Part shown: in pieces, positions 60,177 through 64,000 of the stretch
Position numbering within the stretch: position 1 is the stretch's first letter
How the letters are laid out: the number at the start of each line of letters is the position of its first letter
Origin: Myxococcales bacterium
GTDB taxonomy: Bacteria; Desulfobacterota; Binatia; HRBIN30
DNA: 64,000 nt
Assembly: GCA_037445065.1 (NCBI GenBank)
Contig: JBBILD010000012.1
Location: 32,001-96,000, forward strand
Direction of reading: 5' to 3'
Position numbers and translations under genes: made by a program
Notes under the pieces: generated by a model
What the model was told of the DNA's origin: nothing
Seen by the model: only the letters and a program-made list of their open reading frames with translations
The model's database searches: none

Positions 60177-60212
60177 GGCTTGACCACAACTCCTGCTGAA
60201 CGAGCGGCCAGA

Positions 60213-62300
60213 GTGGCGGGGAAAGATGCTGCAGCCCGGGTCAAGATCGGCAAGCTAATCGCAGCAGCGGGTTGGCGCTTCTTCCCGAACGGCGGTGCGC
60301 CGGCCAACATCCAGCTCGGGCCGACCCTGGCCATCAAAGCCGCCGATCTCGACGCCCTGGGCGAATACTTCGAGAAAGCCACGGGGAGGGTCCCTCGACT
60401 TCCTTCTGCTCCACGCCCGCGGCGTCCCGCTGATCGTCCTGGAGGCCAAAGCGGAGGACAAGAACCCTCTCGTCGGCAAGGAGCAGGCCAGCAAGTACGC
60501 CCGTTCCCAGAATCGCCGTTTCGTCATCCTCCTCCGAGGGCAACCTGCACTAGCTCTGGGATCTGGAACGCAGGAACCCCCACGTCATCGCTTCGTTTCC
60601 GACCTCGGATTCGGTCACTGGCTAGAAGTAGCTCACGCCCAATCCACAGCGCCTGGTCGAGGAGCGCGTCGGAGGATGACCACACCGCCCTGACCCAGCG
60701 ACCGACCTATGGATTCGAGACGGGCTGGACGAATCCGAGCGTGCCGCCCGCATCCAGACCCACAAGCTGCGCTTTTTGCGCCGGACCAGGTCAGGGCCAT
60801 CCACCAACCTCAAGCCGCCGTGCGCGAGGGCAAGAAGCGCTTCCTGTTCGAGATGGCCACCGGCACCGGCAAGACGCTCAGCGCGGCCGCGGTTGTAAAG
60901 CTCTTCCTGTGTTCCGTCAGCGCTCGGCGCGTGCTCTTCCTGGTGGGCCGTCTCGAACTACAAGATCAGGCTGCCAAAGCGGTCGAGGAGTACCTGAAAA
61001 ACGATTCCACCGGCGTCATCTACAAGGAATATTGCGAGGATTGGCACGGCGCCGAACTCGTAACCACGACGGCGCAGTCCGTGCTCTTCCACAACAAGTA
61101 CCGGCGGCTGTCTTCGCCGACGGACTTCGATCTCGAGATCTCGGACGAAAGGCACCGCTCGAGCGGCGGCAACCCCGGCACCGTTTTCGATTACTCCATC
61201 GGCTGCAAACTGGGTCTGGCCGCTGCGCCCAAGAAATACCCGGGCGGCTTCGACGCTATCAAGGGCGCGCACTCGCGACCCGCGAGAAACCGGGCGCCGC
61301 CGGCTTCTCTACACCTACCGTACCTTTGGCTGGGAGAGTGGCCAGCCGACCTTCGGCTGTTCCCTACTGGACTCGGCGGGGTCAGAGACGACTATCCGCT
61401 CAGCCCGACCATCGTAAAGGCGGACACGGGAGTGACGACCCAATTGCTCTGCGAAGAGGGCGTCATCGTCTCCTTCACCAGCGAGGACCAGCAGGACACC
61501 TTCGAACAGCGCGAGTTCGGAAGGCGTTTCTTCTCGCACGCGGCCAACGCCGTGTTCTGCAAGTGCGAGACCTCGTTCGAAAACTCCCTCCGCGACCCGG
61601 TGAGTGCCAAGATCGGTTAGTCTGTGGTCCTCCCAATGAGCGAGAGCCACGTCGCCAAACTGGCCCAGAGCTTCAACCCGATGGCCGCGAGCGTGTTTCC
61701 CGGCAAGTACCAGTCGGATCTCGCCGTGCAGGTCACCTCACCCTTGCCCGAGGCCCAGCAGTTCACCGCCAACTTCGTTAACAACAAAGTGATGGGCTCG
61801 GGCAATTTCATCTTCATCCCGGTGGGCAAGAGCAGCAACGCACGCGTGTGCCCCACCGTGGGCACGATGACCTCCGGCTACGATTGCAGCGCCCTCCTGA
61901 ACCCCAGGCCGTTCCGCCCCGTCCTCTCGCCGGCGGACTTCATCCAGATCAAGGAGCGGGGTACGCGCAAGCACGATTTCCGCAAGCAAGTCTTCGAGGA
62001 CGCGCTGCGCAAGAGCACCCCCCAGCCGCACCACACCGCCTTCAATCTCTTCGACTTTTCCGACCACTGCGAGTACTTCGAGGCCGAGTCCAACCACGAC
62101 GAGGGGTTGAGGCTCCGGGCCCGAACGGCGCCCATCACGAAGGCCGCGGACGCGCGCCTCCGGCTGTGTACTTGGGCGCGTACGAGCACCTCGGCGCCGG
62201 CATCCTCTCGTCTGCGCGGGAAGAGGCCATCGGCTACGATGGCATGAACATCGACCGCATGTTCTCCGGGCGGCTCGAGCAGACGGTTCGCGAGGACAAG
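60213..62300 (+). pseudogene. hsdR: Type I restriction endonuclease R subunit (DEAD/DEAH helicase), multiply disrupted and truncated
   Basis: AGW.., DFLLL..PLIVLEAK..GKEQA.KYA, EMATGTGKT, DERHRS, TSGYD, FIQIKERGTR across several frames; TAG at 61618-61620. Confidence 0.88.
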
Positions 62301-62304
62301 GAAT

Positions 62305-63006
62305 ATGGAAGCAAACTGGATGACAGTAGTGGGCGCCGGCGTGACGCTGGGGTTTAAACACGCGCTCGAAGCGGATCACGTCGCCGCGGTGGCGGTTTTG
62401 GCAAGCGAGCGGCGTACCTTGTGGGGCGCAGCCTTAGTGGGCGCATTTTGGGGCTTCGGCCACACGGTGGCTCTGTTGGGGGCAGGGGTGTGGGTTCTCG
62501 CCTTAGGGCTTCACCTGCCAGAGGACATGGTCCCGTACCTCGAGCTGGTGGTAGCCGTGGTTTTGATCAGCCTTGGCTTCCGTGGGGTACTGCGCTGGTT
62601 GCGCAGTGACCACCTGCACGTGCACACGCATCGGCATGGCGCGCGCGTGCACGTGCACCCGCACCTTCACACACGCGCGGGACAACACTCGGCCAAGCCA
62701 TTTCATCATGGCGAGGCCCGCTTGCGGCCGTTCCTGGTCGGGCTCCTGCATGGCCTCGCCGGTAGTGCCGCCCTCTTTTTGTTTTTGTTGGCAAGTCAGC
62801 CAGCGCCTTGGCTTGCGTGGGCCTACTTGCTCGCTTTTGGGCTAGCCTCCATTGGGGGGATGGCCCTTCTCAGTTGGCTCACCTGCCTGCCTCTGCAACT
62901 CACAGCGATGCGCTTTCACTCCCTCTACCGCGCTCTCCAGCTTACGGCGGCGGTGCTCAGCCTCGTCGTCGGGTTCGGGCTCGCGACAGAGCTGCTCCGC
63001 GCGTGA
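62305..63006 (+). CDS. Nickel/cobalt transporter-like protein (UreH/HoxN-NixA-like)
   Basis: KHALEADHVAAV, WGFGHT, His-rich loop HLHVHTHRH..HVHPHLH, GLLHGLAGS. Confidence 0.88.
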   Translation: MEANWMTVVGAGVTLGFKHALEADHVAAVAVLASERRTLWGAALVGAFWGFGHTVALLGAGVWVLALGLHLPEDMVPYLELVVAVVLISLGFRGVLRWLRSDHLHVHTHRHGARVHVHPHLHTRAGQHSAKPFHHGEARLRPFLVGLLHGLAGSAALFLFLLASQPAPWLAWAYLLAFGLASIGGMALLSWLTCLPLQLTAMRFHSLYRALQLTAAVLSLVVGFGLATELLRA

Positions 63007-63009
63007 GTC

Positions 63010-63963
63010 TTACGAGGTCGCCAGTACCGGTGCCGTGCTGCTGCGGCGGGCTTCGGCGAGCACTGAAGCGGGCGGCTCGCGCAAATCCCACACGAGTCCC
63101 AGCCACGACATAGCTTTGAGGACGTAATGCGTGATGTCTATCTCCCACCAAAAGAACCCCTGACGCTCCGACCCCGGGAAACGGTGGTGGTTGTTGTGCC
63201 AGCCTTCGCCGAAGGTGATCAGTGCCAACAGAAAGCTGTTGCGGCTCGTATCCCGGGTGGCGAAGCGGCGCTTCCCGAACACATGGGCGAGCGAGTTCAC
63301 GCAAAAGGTGACGTGCCAGAGAAGCACCGTGCTGACAAAAAAGCCCCACACGAGCAGTTGCCAGCGCGAGGTCTCGAGCGAGGGGAGCTTCACTTCGAAG
63401 AGCCAGCCAAGGGCAAACAAGCCCACAGCCAAGACGATAGGCGGGAGCAAGTGGAAGCGATTGAGGAAGCGAAGTTCACCAAAGCGGGCGAAATCGCGGA
63501 TCGCTTCGAATCGCGTACGCTCGTACAGCGGCGAAAGAATCCAGCCCACGTGCGCCCACCAAAAGCCCTTGACCGTGGGCGGATGGATGTCCTCCTCAGT
63601 GTCGGCATAGCGGTGGTGGTGCCGGTGCAAGGCTGCCCACCACAACGGTCCTTTTTGCAATGCGGTCGTTCCGAGCAACGCAAAGAGGAATTGCATCGGG
63701 CGGCTCGTTCGGAAGGAACGGTGCGAAAAATAGCGATGGTAGGCGGCCGTCACCGCGAACACGCGCAGCGCGTACAAGATGGCGCAGGCAGCGAGCGCTG
63801 GCCAAGACCAGCCCACCCAGAGCACCGCGACACACGCCACATGCACGCTCCAAAACGGCAACGAGGTAAGCACCGCTCGCCAGCGCGACACGGGAGCCCG
63901 CGCCGGTTCGGAACCCGCTCTGTTTTCCTGCTCGACTAATTGGATTGCTTTCACACTCACCAC
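63010..63963 (-). CDS. Delta-9 acyl-CoA/fatty acid desaturase
   Basis: Three His boxes HRYFSH, HRHHH and GEGWHNNHH; WWEIDITH. Confidence 0.95.
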   Translation of the reverse strand: MVSVKAIQLVEQENRAGSEPARAPVSRWRAVLTSLPFWSVHVACVAVLWVGWSWPALAACAILYALRVFAVTAAYHRYFSHRSFRTSRPMQFLFALLGTTALQKGPLWWAALHRHHHRYADTEEDIHPPTVKGFWWAHVGWILSPLYERTRFEAIRDFARFGELRFLNRFHLLPPIVLAVGLFALGWLFEVKLPSLETSRWQLLVWGFFVSTVLLWHVTFCVNSLAHVFGKRRFATRDTSRNSFLLALITFGEGWHNNHHRFPGSERQGFFWWEIDITHYVLKAMSWLGLVWDLREPPASVLAEARRSSTAPVLATS

Positions 63964-64000
63964 CCTTTCTGACTCGATCTTTGGCGCAGGCTTGCTGCCC

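Noticed and set aside
1..64000. tRNA, rRNA, riboswitch or prophage genes
   Set aside because: None recognised by eye; a covariance-model scan would be needed to exclude small RNAs.

Overview
GC-rich bacterial DNA. The secreted proteins with 'C-x-GDCNGDG-x-VTVDE' dockerin-like modules and the lipid/acyl-CoA gene content suggest Candidatus Binatia or a related deltaproteobacterial lineage (inference only). There are three zones. (1) 1-14.5 kb is an accessory, partly decayed zone. Small gene modules (SDR + amidohydrolase; SBBP/IPTL-CTERM pseudogene; peptidase C13-PDZ-thioredoxin fusion + DMT transporter) are separated by same-strand clusters of an (A)GTGG(G/A)TGTCC motif, followed by an IS91-like remnant, a dipeptidase and a frameshifted ipdC. 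(2) 14.5-57.7 kb is an intact core of housekeeping and catabolic genes: ALDH, ADH, ACADs, LLM, GH38, pyrE, an ABC pair, hemW, lexA, an M3 peptidase, cysH, cysC, CoA-transferases, a thiolase and glmU. It also holds an unexplained three-gene locus (subtilase, LigA-like-leader protein, possible prenyltransferase-fold protein). (3) 57.7-62.3 kb is a fossil integron that the ORF track does not show: a degenerate intI, two attC sites bounding a cassette, and a shattered hsdR. A Ni/Co-transporter-like gene and a fatty-acid desaturase follow. No rRNA, tRNA or CRISPR array was recognised. All family assignments come from motif recognition by eye; no database searches were run.
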